Source: Macrostomum lignano
Taxonomy: Eukaryota
DNA: 64,000 bases
Direction of reading: 5' to 3'
NCBI GenBank assembly: GCA_002269645.1
Contig: NIVC01000504.1
Coordinates: 186,001 to 250,000, forward strand
In this document: in pieces, positions 49,801 to 61,587 of the stretch
How positions within the stretch are numbered: the stretch's first letter is position 1
Layout: each line of letters begins with the position of its first letter
Program-made: the position numbers and the translations under genes
The notes under the pieces: generated by a model
Told to the model about the DNA's origin: nothing
What the model saw: only the letters and a program-made list of their open reading frames with translations
Database searches by the model: none

Positions 49801-51354
49801 AAGATGTACTTTAGACTAAAGTTTAAGGTGTACTTTTGGCTAAAGTTTAAGATGTCCTATTGGCTTTTGGTTAGGTGTCCTTTTGAATTTGTCCTATTGT
49901 CTACTTAAGTTTAATGTGTCCTAAGTGCTAAACTTCATAGAAACCTAACTAATGGCTAAAGTTCACACTGAATGACTTACCTTAAACGTGACCAACACGT
50001 TAGCAATATTATCCCTATTCCACAATGGCGCCAAAATCCGATTAGCAAACCGCAGCACCACCACATTCTGGACCATCTCCTTGCCCAGATAGTGATCAAT
50101 GCGGTACACCTGATCCTCAGTGAACAGATTCGATAGGTGCTGGGACAGGATCTCGCTAGTGTGCAAATCTCTACCAAATGGTTTCTCAATGATCACCCTT
50201 GACCAGCCCTGTTGATCAGGACTGAAGCACTCGGATTTCAAATGAGTGGCCACGTGCATGAACAAGGAAGGCGGTATGGCCAGGTAGTACACTCGATTGC
50301 AACTGGCGTACTCTGTACTGCTGCGAATGTACTGCTCCAGTTTGGCGAAGTCTTCTCGCTTGTCGTAAGAGCCCTGGATTAAATAGGGCACACAGAGAGC
50401 TGCTTATTCAAAAACTAGCTTCACTGGTAAAGCTTATTGAAAAGAAAATAATGTTATAAACTCAAATATATTATCTCTCTGGTTTCAATATCTGATCTGA
50501 ATGACTTCTACCCCCGTCCTCTACCCTCCCCTACTGTCTTCTATCCTCCCCTACTGTCTTCTACCCTCCCCTACTGTCTTCTAGCCTCCCCTACTGTCTT
50601 CTACCCTCCCCTACTGTTTTCTAGCCTCCCCTACTGTCTTTTAGCCTCCCCTACTGTCTTCTACCCTCCCCTACTGTCTTCTAGCCTCCCCTACTGTCTT
50701 TTAGCCTCCCCTACTGTCTTCTAGCCTCCCCTACTGTCTTCTACCCTCCCCTACTGTCTTTTAGCCTCCCCTACTGTCTTCTACCCTCCCCTACTGTCTT
50801 TTAGCCTCCCCTACTGTCTTTTAGCCTCCCCTACTATCTTCTACCCTCCCCTACTGTCTTCTACTCTACCCTACCATCCCTTACTGCCTTCCAATCTCAC
50901 TTAACTGTTTTCTAAATCAAACAAGTCTGAATTAATCCTTCACCTGCACATAGGAATTCCTAGCAAAGAAAGCATCCAATCGTTCTTGTTCGCCATCAAC
51001 GGTGCGCAGATATGGCTTAGCATTGTCCCTGACCATTTGCACAGTCAGACTCGACCTAGAATAGCCAATAAAGAAAGTGTTTGGCGGCAAAAGCTTATCT
51101 TTGAATAGCCACCACAATGTCGGGTAGATTTTCTTCTTAGCCAAATCACCGGAAGCGCCAAATATTATAATAACAACATTTTTAGTGTCCTTCATGTGAC
51201 TGAATTCGGCTTTAGACTCAGCTCTGAGCAGCTGCAGAGTCTGCTCAGACATTGAGACCAGATGAATGCGTTGCATATCTGGGTCCGGTTTTAAGTTTTG
51301 CAACTCTTTATAAGGATTGCAAACATCATCAGCTGCGTGATGCTGAGATGCCAT
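46827..51354 (-). CDS. G6PD: Glucose-6-phosphate 1-dehydrogenase; exons 51354-50944, 50373-49981, 49345-49196, 48864-48388, 47045-46827
   Basis: [84 protein letters not shown]. All five exons join in phase 0 at GT-AG sites. Confidence 0.97.
47175..48260. repeat. 33-bp minisatellite (TATGATCCTTCAGTGACAATTAGCTACCACCTC) in G6PD intron 4
   Basis: Direct reading. Confidence 0.95.
49450..49920. repeat. 27-bp minisatellite (GTCCTATTGGCTGCTAAAGTTCAAGGT), progressively decaying, in G6PD intron 2
   Basis: Direct reading. Confidence 0.85.
50510..50890. repeat. 20-bp pyrimidine-rich minisatellite (CCTCCCCTACTGTCTTCTAC) in G6PD intron 1
   Basis: Direct reading. Confidence 0.93.
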
Positions 51355-52018
51355 TATGATGACTGATGATGCCAGACAGAATCTATATCGATTAACTTAA
51401 CTATATTTTAGTATTAATTCTTGCCTTGGTTGGTTGATCATGAAAAATATTTATTTAGGTGAATTTTTTTTCATCACAATATCTTATAGACATCTTAATC
51501 TAAGAACTCTTACAATAGATTTTAAATCCATAGAATACTAATGTGTCCTACAAATATAAATATATAAGTAAATTATTCAAATAATGACATGTTTACTGCT
51601 TTTTTAAAAAATATTTAAATCTATTTTGCAACAAGGCACAAAACAATTGTTACTTTAGGGAGAATATTGCCATTTATCTAGCTTATTGTTGGTGGACTAT
51701 ATTGCACAGTGTTAAATTATAACATTGTTATAATAACGGCGCCCCTAACGGCGCCCTCTGATTTTCCCATTAATGCCCTTAAAGCATGGGTATTACTATT
51801 ATTGTGCCATAGACATTTGTGTCCTTGACAAAGTGGGACAGAAAATACGAGTAGAAAGGGGGTGTGGGGGCGAAGCCCCCACCAAAAGCCATAGACAAAA
51901 CACGAAATAAGATTTTTAGCAGTAGTACAGTACTAACTTAAGCAGAGAAGAGAAGAGATTAGACTTATCACACCACATACTGCATAAGGTCTGACTAAGA
52001 CAAACTAGATTTAGAAGC

Positions 52019-53181
52019 ATGATCAACTATAGCGGTATCGCAGAGGGCGAGATAAGTGGATTGAATGCTGATGAATTGGAATTTGTAACTCATCAATCTG
52101 CTGGACGCAGTCATGAATCGGCTGTCTCACAATACGACGAACTTCCATTGGTCGACTCGAGATGCATCAACGAGTTCCTTCTGAACGTGACAGAGTTTCT
52201 TGAACTGGACGAGACGGACCTCTAGGAGATAACTAATCTGGAGAAGGCTGCCGTTGTAATTTATGCCAGTACCTGAGACTCTGGTTTTCTACTGTACTGA
52301 AAGCTGATGGCTCTGCCTACAGTTGCAGCACGCTAGTTTGCATGAGGGCTGCTATTCACCTTTTTCTGCTGGCCAAGCGGGGTCTGTCTCTGATTGGGAA
52401 TCCCGACTTCCTTGAACTAGAAAAAACCTTCAAGGCCGCTCTGACGTATTCACTTAAGCAGCCTACTTCCGTGGTTGATGGCGACGGTGGATACCGAGCT
52501 ATTGACGTCGTTGACTTGGCCAAGCTGTCTGCGTATTTCGACCGGACTGATCCTAAGAAGCTGCAACACGAGACGTTCTTCCTGATTGTGTATCACTTCG
52601 GATTCAGGGGACGTGAGTGGATTCGATCTCTGGACAAAAATGATGAGGAAACAATGAAAATGATTGTGTATCCTCATTTAAAAAAAAATGAGGATTGTAT
52701 TGACCTTGCGAAGGAAAAAAGGGAGAAGAACGTCTCGGCCAGAAGTGCAAGCACGAAGAAGGAGATTGGTATATTCCCGGTGGCGGACGAAGCCAAGTGT
52801 CCTGTTCAGGCAGTGATGCTCTACCTGTCTAAACTGCCGGAGGAGAATTTGAGCCTGTTTCCTAAGCCTCGAGCGAAATGGACCGACAGGGAGTGGTACT
52901 GCAAGAAAGAAGTCATCAGCAAGAACACCCTGGCCGAGCTAATGAAAGAAATATCTAAAGCTGCCGGCCTTTCCTACATGTACACTAATCATTGCATCTG
53001 CTCGACAATGATCATGAACCTGTCGGAGCAAGGTTTCAATCTGGAGCAGATCCAGACCGTCTCCAGTCACAAGAAGGTTGAAAGCGTGCTTTGCTATACG
53101 AAACGAGTCTCGGTGGAACAGAAACGCAGTCTGTTGAGTGCAATGACATCCGGCTTGCATGGTCTGGACTCTGGAGGATGA
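52019..53181 (+). pseudogene. Crypton-type tyrosine recombinase (DUF3504 / KIAA1958 / ZMYM-related), disrupted; element extent about 51760-53690
   Basis: LRLWFSTVLKADGSAYSCSTLVCMRAAIH, DLAKLSAYF..DPKKLQ, YHFGFRGRE, CPVQAVMLYLSKLP, TNHCICST (HxxR changed to HxxC), SSHKKVESVLCY. Stop and frameshift near 52225-52260. Hairpins flank the ORF. Confidence 0.8.
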
Positions 53182-53699
53182 AGTCCCACTGAAGCGCGCA
53201 AACTTGGATCTATTGCCTGCTTCTAGTGCGTCCAACGGCGAGTCCACACCTACTGTGTCGAATGAGCGTCAGGGGGACCTGACTGTCGTGTTGGAAAAAA
53301 ATGGCCTAAAGGTGTCCATATTTATGTAGCAGATAAGTGTAACTGGTGGATTGAATTAAATTGACAATTGTTGTTTTGTTTTTGTTGCATTTATGTTCTA
53401 GTCTTCACATGTTTCATGCTGAGTTGTTCTACAAATAAAGCAGTTGTGTAACTGTCTGCAAATTAGCGGGCAGTTAATGTCATTATCTGCCCACTATTTG
53501 CAGGCATTTAATGTCATTAACTGCCCACTAATTTGCATTAAAGTAAGGTTGACATAGACTTTTTGTTCAATATTTCTTTCCTGCAAGCGGGCTTTAATGT
53601 AGTCTATGGCATTAAAAGGCAAGAATAAGTGCCCAGCGGGCACAAAGGTCATGGTACAATAGAAGTGGAATTCATTGCTAGCCAATGATGACAATTAAA

Positions 53700-56600
53700 A
53701 TTATTCTAAATTACAACTGGGGAACTAATTGATATAAAAATGTTATATATGTAAAAATGTTGCTTTTAAGCTTTATTTATTTACTAGGCCTATAGAATCA
53801 TTTTCGTCAAAAAAGTAAATTTTATTATTGAATGTATTGGCCCATAATATATATTAGCTCTCTCCTTTATGCTCAATAAAGCTTACCTTTTCTATTCTTA
53901 TGTAAGGGGCATCTCAGTTCTATGTTTCTATGATTATAATACATTTGAATGTGCCAAAAACTAAGAAAAACAATTTGCTATAACATATATATATATTTAT
54001 AATATTTTACAAGTCTAATTTTTCTTAAAACCAACACAAAATTTAGTATAAATAGAAGCAAATCTCAGTGGAGGAAGTACCAACCTCACACATTGTGGTT
54101 CATTGAGAGAGAAAGCTAGTAGCCAATAATAAGAGTTCCAAGTAAATATAATTGAAGACTATTTTCTAAGATAATTCATTTTCTATTGAAGTGAAATAGG
54201 ACAATATACTGTATATACTACTGAAAAGTAAAGAACCAGAAAGGAGAAATATGAAGTAGATCTTAGCAGTATATATAGAGTACTAGAAGCTATGACCCTT
54301 TGATCCTGGAAATGCTCAGGATTGGAAAGATCATATATGTAGTACATATACCGAATAACAATAAGAATGCTACCAGAATAATAGTAAGAATACTACAAGA
54401 ATAACAGTGGAATGCTACCAGAATATTAATAGAATGCTACCTATGAGAGTTAGCTAATACTTAGAACAATTCTCAGACTAATACTCAGACCTATGCTTAG
54501 ATAAATACTCAGACCTATACTAAGAACTTTTCTCAGACTTATTCTAGGAAAATAAATTCATAATAGAATAGTCTTGGTGGCAGCAATAGAACATTTAAGG
54601 GACAAAAGGAAAGCCTTGTACAACTTTGGTGGCAGCTTTTAGGATACTCACAAGGTGAAAAGCAGTATCCCTACTATAGCTAGGCCTAGTGGCAGTTGTG
54701 AGATTTCCTAGCATATAGGAAACATGCCTGTAACACTTATAACTTATTGTTAGCTATTTTTAAATCATTAAAAACCATAAATCATAGTTTATAGATATAG
54801 ATTAGCCATTGCTTGTATTGGCCATAGCTAGTCCATATAACTAATCTGAAAATGCTTTCTAATCCAATGCTTTTCTAGCACTAAGGAAAGCAGTCTCAAG
54901 AAATGAATAGACCTCTTTAGGCTGGATATATAGTGCCAAAGGGGTTAGGTCAATTGGCAAAGCAGTGCAATAGAAATTGTTTATGACTATTTTGTCATTC
55001 TAACAATTATTGTGGCTCAATGCCAAGGCAAATAGATTAATTGTGGCCTATTAGGAAATAAGAAGCTTATACTAACTAGAGTGCAACTGACCAAGGATAG
55101 GCATTGATGATAGCTGAGGAGACACTTGGAGATATTGATAATAGGTATGCAAGCCAAAAACTAGGTTAAGTAAACATTCAATACTATCCTATAATTATTT
55201 TAAATATATAATAATACTAAGAACATTGACTTCAATAGACAAATATTAAAGTTATAGCACTTTTACTTTAATTTTTCTTTACAAAAAGTGCTATATTTTA
55301 TATGCATTAAAAATAAATAGGCCTAAAATGCTTCTTTATATCATAATAATATAACTTTCTTGATTACTTGATCAATTTCACAATTTTGTTTCTACATTCA
55401 TAACATATCTAGGCCAAATAATTTTGCCTTGCAGCTAAGTCAAAGTCTAAAGGCTAAATAATTGAAATCATTAAAACTTGCAAAATATCTAAAAATAAAG
55501 ATATATCTTATCATTGAAAATTTGCAAATAAATAACTTTGCAGTTGCGATGCAATTATATCAAAGAAAAGGAAATATAACTTTCTAAAAAAAGTATATGT
55601 TCTATAAAGCAAAAATTTAAAAAATATTTATCTACCCTTTATTTATTGGAATAATAAACCATATAGGCCTAGTCTTTTTCATTGAAAGACTTAGTGAAAA
55701 CTGTGATACAAAAATAAAAGCTTTTGAATTTTGAAATTTATCAAAAAAGAAAGTTTTAAATTGGCCTAACATAAAACTAAAAGTAATTTTAAAATGCAAC
55801 TTGGTAATTAAATTTTTTTTCAATTCTTAACCAATCTTCTTGGGTGCTGACTAATTTGGTAACAAACTAATTCTATGACAAAGATTCATAATAGACATAT
55901 TTGATGAATTTTTGGCAAATTTGGTGAAAGCAAGTTCAGCACAATCTAGGCAAATTTGGCAAAAATTAATGAAGGAAAAACAGTTGTATATAGTTTTATT
56001 AATTTATTTAATATAAAGATATTAGTCAAAACGTAATAGCTATCTTTTTTTCAATTGAGTTTTTTTAATTTAATATTTATTGTTTTGCCTTTTCAATAGT
56101 GATTTCTAAGGAATGTTTGTTAATTTAAGGTCTGATCAAAGCAGCCTTGAAAGCAAAAACCTTTGGCTTTGAGAGTTAGGAAAAATGAGAAAATTACTTT
56201 TTTGTATACTTACTGTTTCTACTTACTAAAGGATCTACTAATCCTATGGCATATTTGTTATAATAAGTGACTAATTTAATGCATAAATTAAACTTTGCAA
56301 TTGAGAAATATACTTGGAACGATTGTAGACAAAAACCAAAAAAAGCTAGGCCTATAGCTTCTCACTTGTCATTTCTTTCTTTCATTCTAAATGAAAACTA
56401 CTTGACAGATATATTTTATTTATCAAAATTTGTAATACCTTTAATATTTTTTAATCTTATCTTATCTTGTCTTAAAATTTTTTGACTTTAGACTTTTCTT
56501 GTCTCAAATCTTGTCTTGGTCTAAATCTTGATTTTTAAGAGCTCTAATCTTGAACAACTCTTCTAGATCATGGCTAGATGCCCTGCAGTACTTATTAACA

Positions 56601-57570
56601 TAAGCCCAGTTCATAGCCATGTATGGCACATCTAATGCCCTATTGGATACACTTAGATGAGTTTCTATAGTACTTTTGTTACCTAGGTAACACTTTTGGC
56701 ACATTTTTCTAGGTGGTACACTACTATAATGTCTAATGCAATGACCAAATGTGACAACAAACTTGCTAACTATTGTTTAACTTTGTTAAAACTTTGTTCA
56801 AAATTCCTTAAATTCAAAAACATAATTAAATGAAATGTTTATCCCCACAGTCCTATGCCAATAATTCTAATTTTATTCACATGGATCCATCTGTATTGAT
56901 AATTTTTAATATATTTTTTGAATAAACTAGGCCTACAGAATACTAAATTAGTAAATAGTATTGAGTACTTTATTACTCTTTAGTACTTTAGTAGTTAAAG
57001 GAGTTAATTTGAAATATTTCCCTAGCTGCCAGCTTTGCTTAGAATGACTGAAGGACCCTGAAGATTAAGGTAAAAAAGACTTGCAAAATTCAAAATTTGA
57101 TGGAGAATGAATGGGAAGTTAGCAAGATGTTAAAATGATAAGGAAGTCACACAATATTGAATAACAAGTACTTAAATAAGATTGGAATTGATTGAAATTG
57201 AAAGAAAGATTGAAAAATAAGTTGAAAATTAGATAGGGGGACAGGCCTACACTACAGAAAGAGTTTTGCATTCTATTAACTGAACTCAGGAAAGTAAGAT
57301 TTATTAAATGGAATAAAACATTGCTAGAAATACGCCATGTCCATGCGGAGGCCTACTTTCAAAATAAGGCCTATCATTGGAGAATGGAGTCAAGTAATGG
57401 ATGGTTGCTGTAGGATCTAACTTTAGGGCCCTATGCTGCATAAAAATATGTTAAACTCAAGTTTAAAGGTTAGAAAATTCAATTTAGATTAAAAAAACTG
57501 TATATTTTGTATGTATTAGTTTTATATTTCGTAAATCTCATAGTGACTAGCTGTCTAGGCCTACTTAACA
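53700..57570. other. CpG-depleted, TAG/CTA-rich AT-rich block, possibly a hypermutated fossil element
   Basis: Hand count of 8 CpG in 53701-57540 versus about 26 in the similarly AT-rich 23521-24480. Ten AGGCCTA sites. Confidence 0.7.
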
Positions 57571-57744
57571 ACGTCTCAACTGTGTGCCGTCTGCCGCCTG
57601 ATATCTCTCAACCCCTCTAAGCTAGCATTGTTCGACTTTTTTGCGATTCAAATTCGCACGGAAAGATTATTATTAAAACATTTGCGAAGATAAGTAAACA
57701 TCCTTACACAAACAACTTGGTCTACTAAAATTCAATAATTGTAA

Positions 57745-58330
57745 ATGCTGTGGGATCAATTTCGGTTTCTTGGGTACATTTACAAGCGTTAGGCAAGACT
57801 ATACTAAAGTAGTAGGACGCAACACTCCAAATCTATGGAAAATGTTTTGAAGGCCACTTTTCCAACAATTTCACTTTTGAATGAATGCACATAGAAATGT
57901 CGTTTTTCGCTGAGAACTTCGACATTTATTCCCCTTTATGATAAAAGAGCATTCCGGCTTTAACATACTTTTTAGTTTTAATTCAAATTTTTAAGCCTAA
58001 ATAATTTTTTATTTCACTTTTCTGAAGGCCAACCCCCATATTTTAACAAGGTTGCCTTGCTATCTGCCTATCTAAAATTAGTTACGGGCCTTAAACTTCA
58101 TTTCTAACTCTTCGAAAAGTTCGATTAGCCATGTAGGATCTGAAAACAGTATAAATTAATGTTAATTGCAAAGCGTTAAATCCAGCAAATTATTTATTTT
58201 AGGTGCCCTTCAAAACTTTTTTCCATGAAACGTGGGTGTCGCGTCGTGTACATTACATAGCTTTAGTTGTTCTTGGCATTAGGAAAACTCAGTGGGATGG
58301 TCCCAGGATAAACGAAAGCACAGCAGCATG
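57745..58330. mobile_element. Degenerate MITE-like inverted repeat
   Basis: Arms at about 57745-57860 and 58200-58330 are diverged reverse complements (actaaagt...tggaaaatgttttgaaggcc versus gcccttcaaaacttttttcca...ctttagt). No TSD identified. Confidence 0.4.
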
Positions 58331-58429
58331 CTGATTCGATTTCTGAGATACAAAAGGCTCACGGGTGTGGAGTTGCTGAGATTTTAAGGCTCACGGGGAA
58401 TTGCTGAGATGCCAATACTCATAAATGTA

Positions 58430-60875
58430 CGAGTATTGATTTACAACAAGTATGTTTCGCTATGCTATAAAAGACAAACTAGTGAATCAACATGACAATT
58501 AATCAACAAAACTTTGCGACCGCATAATGAACTCATAGTAACTCTAGCTAGTTGCCGCCAAGGTCAACGCACTTCTGCCAGCGGCGCACCCACGCCTTAA
58601 AGGCACTGGGCAGGGCTTCAACCGCCAATGGCCAGATGTCGGAAAGCTGATGAAGCGCTGTTATTAGTTTGTTCCACTGAAGCAAAACGTTGACCACGAA
58701 GACTATCCTTCATTCTTGGAAAAACGTAGAAGTCCACCCGAAGCCAAGTCAGACGAATAACACGGCTGAGGCAGAACTTCCCAGTCCCAGAACTCCAAGA
58801 GCTCTTCCACTCTTCTGGCGCAGTGCACAGGCGCATTGTCGTGATGAAAGATGACGCTTCTCTCCAGCAAGCCAGGTCGCTTCTTTCTGATCGCCGGGAT
58901 CGCAGTTTCTCCTGCAGAATCCATTTGTAATATTCGGCGTTCACCTGGTACCGACTGACACAGGCCAGTCCACCAGAATGCCATGGACGTCGAAGAAGAT
59001 GATGTCCATCACCTTCGTTGAACTCTGCTTGCGCTGCACCTTCTCCGGGCTTGCTGATCCCCTTGGAAGCCAAGCCACTGTGCTGACTGCCGCTTCAGCT
59101 AAGGATCCCATTCGTAGGTCGAAGTCTCATCTCCTGTCACAATCCTGCTGCTGAGGAAGTCATTGCCTTCTCGATGAAATCGACAAAGGTGCACTCTGGA
59201 CAGCCTCACCCGCTCCTCCATCTGCTCTTCTGTCAGCAGGTGGGGCACCCATTTGGCGAAGATCTGGCATTCTTTCGGATGACGATCACCTGAAAAGTGA
59301 CGATCACCAATGTAAAAGTTCTGGGTAATTGAAATTGAAAGTAAGAAAGCGAGTCAAACAAATTGTCCAGAAATAAAAAACCCAACATTGGGGCTATCAG
59401 TCGTGAATCGTGTATTTCGTAGTAACCGCCACGTGTATTAAATCAATTTCGGATGGAATGATCGTCTTCCGAAACTACAGCTTGGCAATTCTAGAAAAAA
59501 ATTAGTGTCTCAAAGTTTAACATCTAGTGAACGTAAGTCAGTTTCGGAAGACGATCATTTTAATATGAAGGTAGCCCTGAAATGATTGCGTTCCGAAAGT
59601 ACAGAGTTTTTATTGTCTTAGGAGCAGTAATCATTGAATGAAGTGGCCCCATTGCACAGCTGCCTCCGCTTCAATGCCGTACATGGCGCGCAGTGAACTG
59701 TGGGTTATAATATGGATGCACCCCCCCTCAGTTTCGGAAGGCGATCATTCTTAATGTAATTTGTACATTGTAATGATCGTCAACCGAAAGTACATGGCTT
59801 ACCTTTGCGGAGTGTTCAGAAGATAACCAATGCAGTACCCAATGATGTCCATTGGATTCAGTTTAGAATTCTCGAAAAAAGTTCCCCTTCTAATGGAGAC
59901 TCTTTTTTCATGTGCTCCAAATGGCGAACCAGCTCCCTTCTTGCACCGGAACACGACGCCGTCTGTCGAGCATGCCATAGTGAGTGCTACTGAAATATGA
60001 GAAAGAAAAGCTGTAGTTTCGGATCACGATCATTTGTATTCAAAAGTATCATTGAAATGATCGCATTCCGAAACTGATTATATACACGTCCATGACAGAA
60101 ATAATGCTATTGATGTTGCTGGTTTTAAATTGGAAAGTTTCTCTGTTTTTCTGTAGTTTCGGATCGCGATCCTTTCTATTCAAAACTTATATTGAAATGA
60201 TCGCCTTCCGAAACTAATTATATAGTTGCCGTTTTACCATGATTTCTACAGCACAGTATACCATTTTCATAGGTGATCGTCAACCGAAACTTGTAAGAAA
60301 CGGAATGATCGTCATCCGAAAGAATGCCGAAGATCTTCTGCATGCCCAAGTTCTCAGTTAGGATGCGATGCACCGTGATGTGGGGGATGTCTAGAAGTTC
60401 CTCTCGAGCTCAGCGCAAGTCAGCCTGCTGTCCTCTGTCACCGCATCCTCCACACGCTTGGCATTTGCGTCGGTTGTTGCTGTTCTTGGCCTTTCGGAGC
60501 GCTCTCTATCTTCCATACACAGCCTCCCTCCCTGGACCTCACGAACCCACTTGCGCACTGTCTGAATTGATGGAGCTTCCTCTCTCAAAACATCTCCAAG
60601 CTCTGGAATAGCAGTTGCCGATTTTCCAGCCAAAACTCCAAACTTGATGATGTTCCGAACGCCAAACCGAGTGAACGAAGCTGACGTGGCCATCTTTGCA
60701 AAAGTCTATTTGAATAAGGCGGTGATGCTCTGCGGCTTGTGAGCTTGACAGCACTCTGAAACTTGTATTCTCCTTTACCATAGACTATAGGTTAGTACAT
60801 AGCTAGTGTCTCCTGTCCAATGTACTTTTAATAAATTTTGGAGAATAGCGAACCATACTTTTGGAATAGCCCTCG
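58430..60875 (-). mobile_element. Mariner (DD34D-type) transposon, defective, interrupted by a 1063-bp insertion
   Basis: TA flanks at 58428-29 and 60876-77. Diverged TIRs (cgag...aagtatgtttcgctat and atagcgaaccatactt...ctcg). Transposase motifs: HTH region (60391-60693), KWVPHLL, IVTGDE, FHHDNAPVH, YSSDLA, DFYVFPRMK. About 1.37 kb once the insertion is removed. Confidence 0.88.
59266..60328. mobile_element. Non-autonomous DNA transposon (Merlin- or MULE-like) with modular internal hairpins
   Basis: Perfect 23-bp TIRs GGCATTCTTTCGGATGACGATCA and TGATCGTCATCCGAAAGAATGCC. 8-bp TSD GAAGATCT at 59258-59265 and 60329-60336. Removing it restores the mariner frame GMQKIFAKWVPHLL. Confidence 0.9.
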
Positions 60876-61587
60876 TACTCCTACTCATAACGGCTGAAAT
60901 GATGTGGCTCATATGGAGGGGGTTTGCTGAGATGCTGAGGGCCAATTAGTTCGAAGTTGTCATTATTGTACGTGCAGCCGAAACCAAAGTTGGTAGATCA
61001 AAATGAGATTTAGGTTGAAGCAATGGCTAAAAGGGAGTTGATGAGGACGCACTTTTTTCCAAATCCCGCGCTAGCACATGGGTTCTAAACTTACTAGCCT
61101 ACTAACAGCAGGCTATGGGCATTTTTATTATTTTCCTGCAAATTGTCATAGAATCTATACTAGATATAATGTTTGGTCATACTAGTAGTCATAATAACAT
61201 AGGCGCAGCTTTTTGGGTCATAAATCATCGCTTTCGAAGCTGATCTGACAGCCACCTGCGCCTCACTCAGTGTTAAGACTGGCGCCAGATGGTCTGAGGG
61301 GATGCAAATGATAGCTTTTTTCTCATCATTTTGACAGGCCATCAAGATTTATGAGGTCAGAGCCTATTGTTCGTGTTCACTCAAGCGTGTGAAAGCTTTG
61401 ACAGCTATGCGTTTTACCCTTAAAAGTAATTTGGGATTAGCGATTAGCGATTTCTCTTCATTATCTTCACTTTCTATTTAATAAGAGCTTTCTAATGTAT
61501 ATTTTTTCATTAATTTCTGTCAATCCTACGCGAAAAGTCATAAATCATTTTGTTGCGAATTTGATTGATTTTTTGCCGCACCTGCCA

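Noticed and set aside
5632-50890. Tandem arrays as CRISPR-like loci
   Set aside because: Units are contiguous with no unique spacers, there are no cas genes, and the context is spliceosomal-intron eukaryotic DNA.
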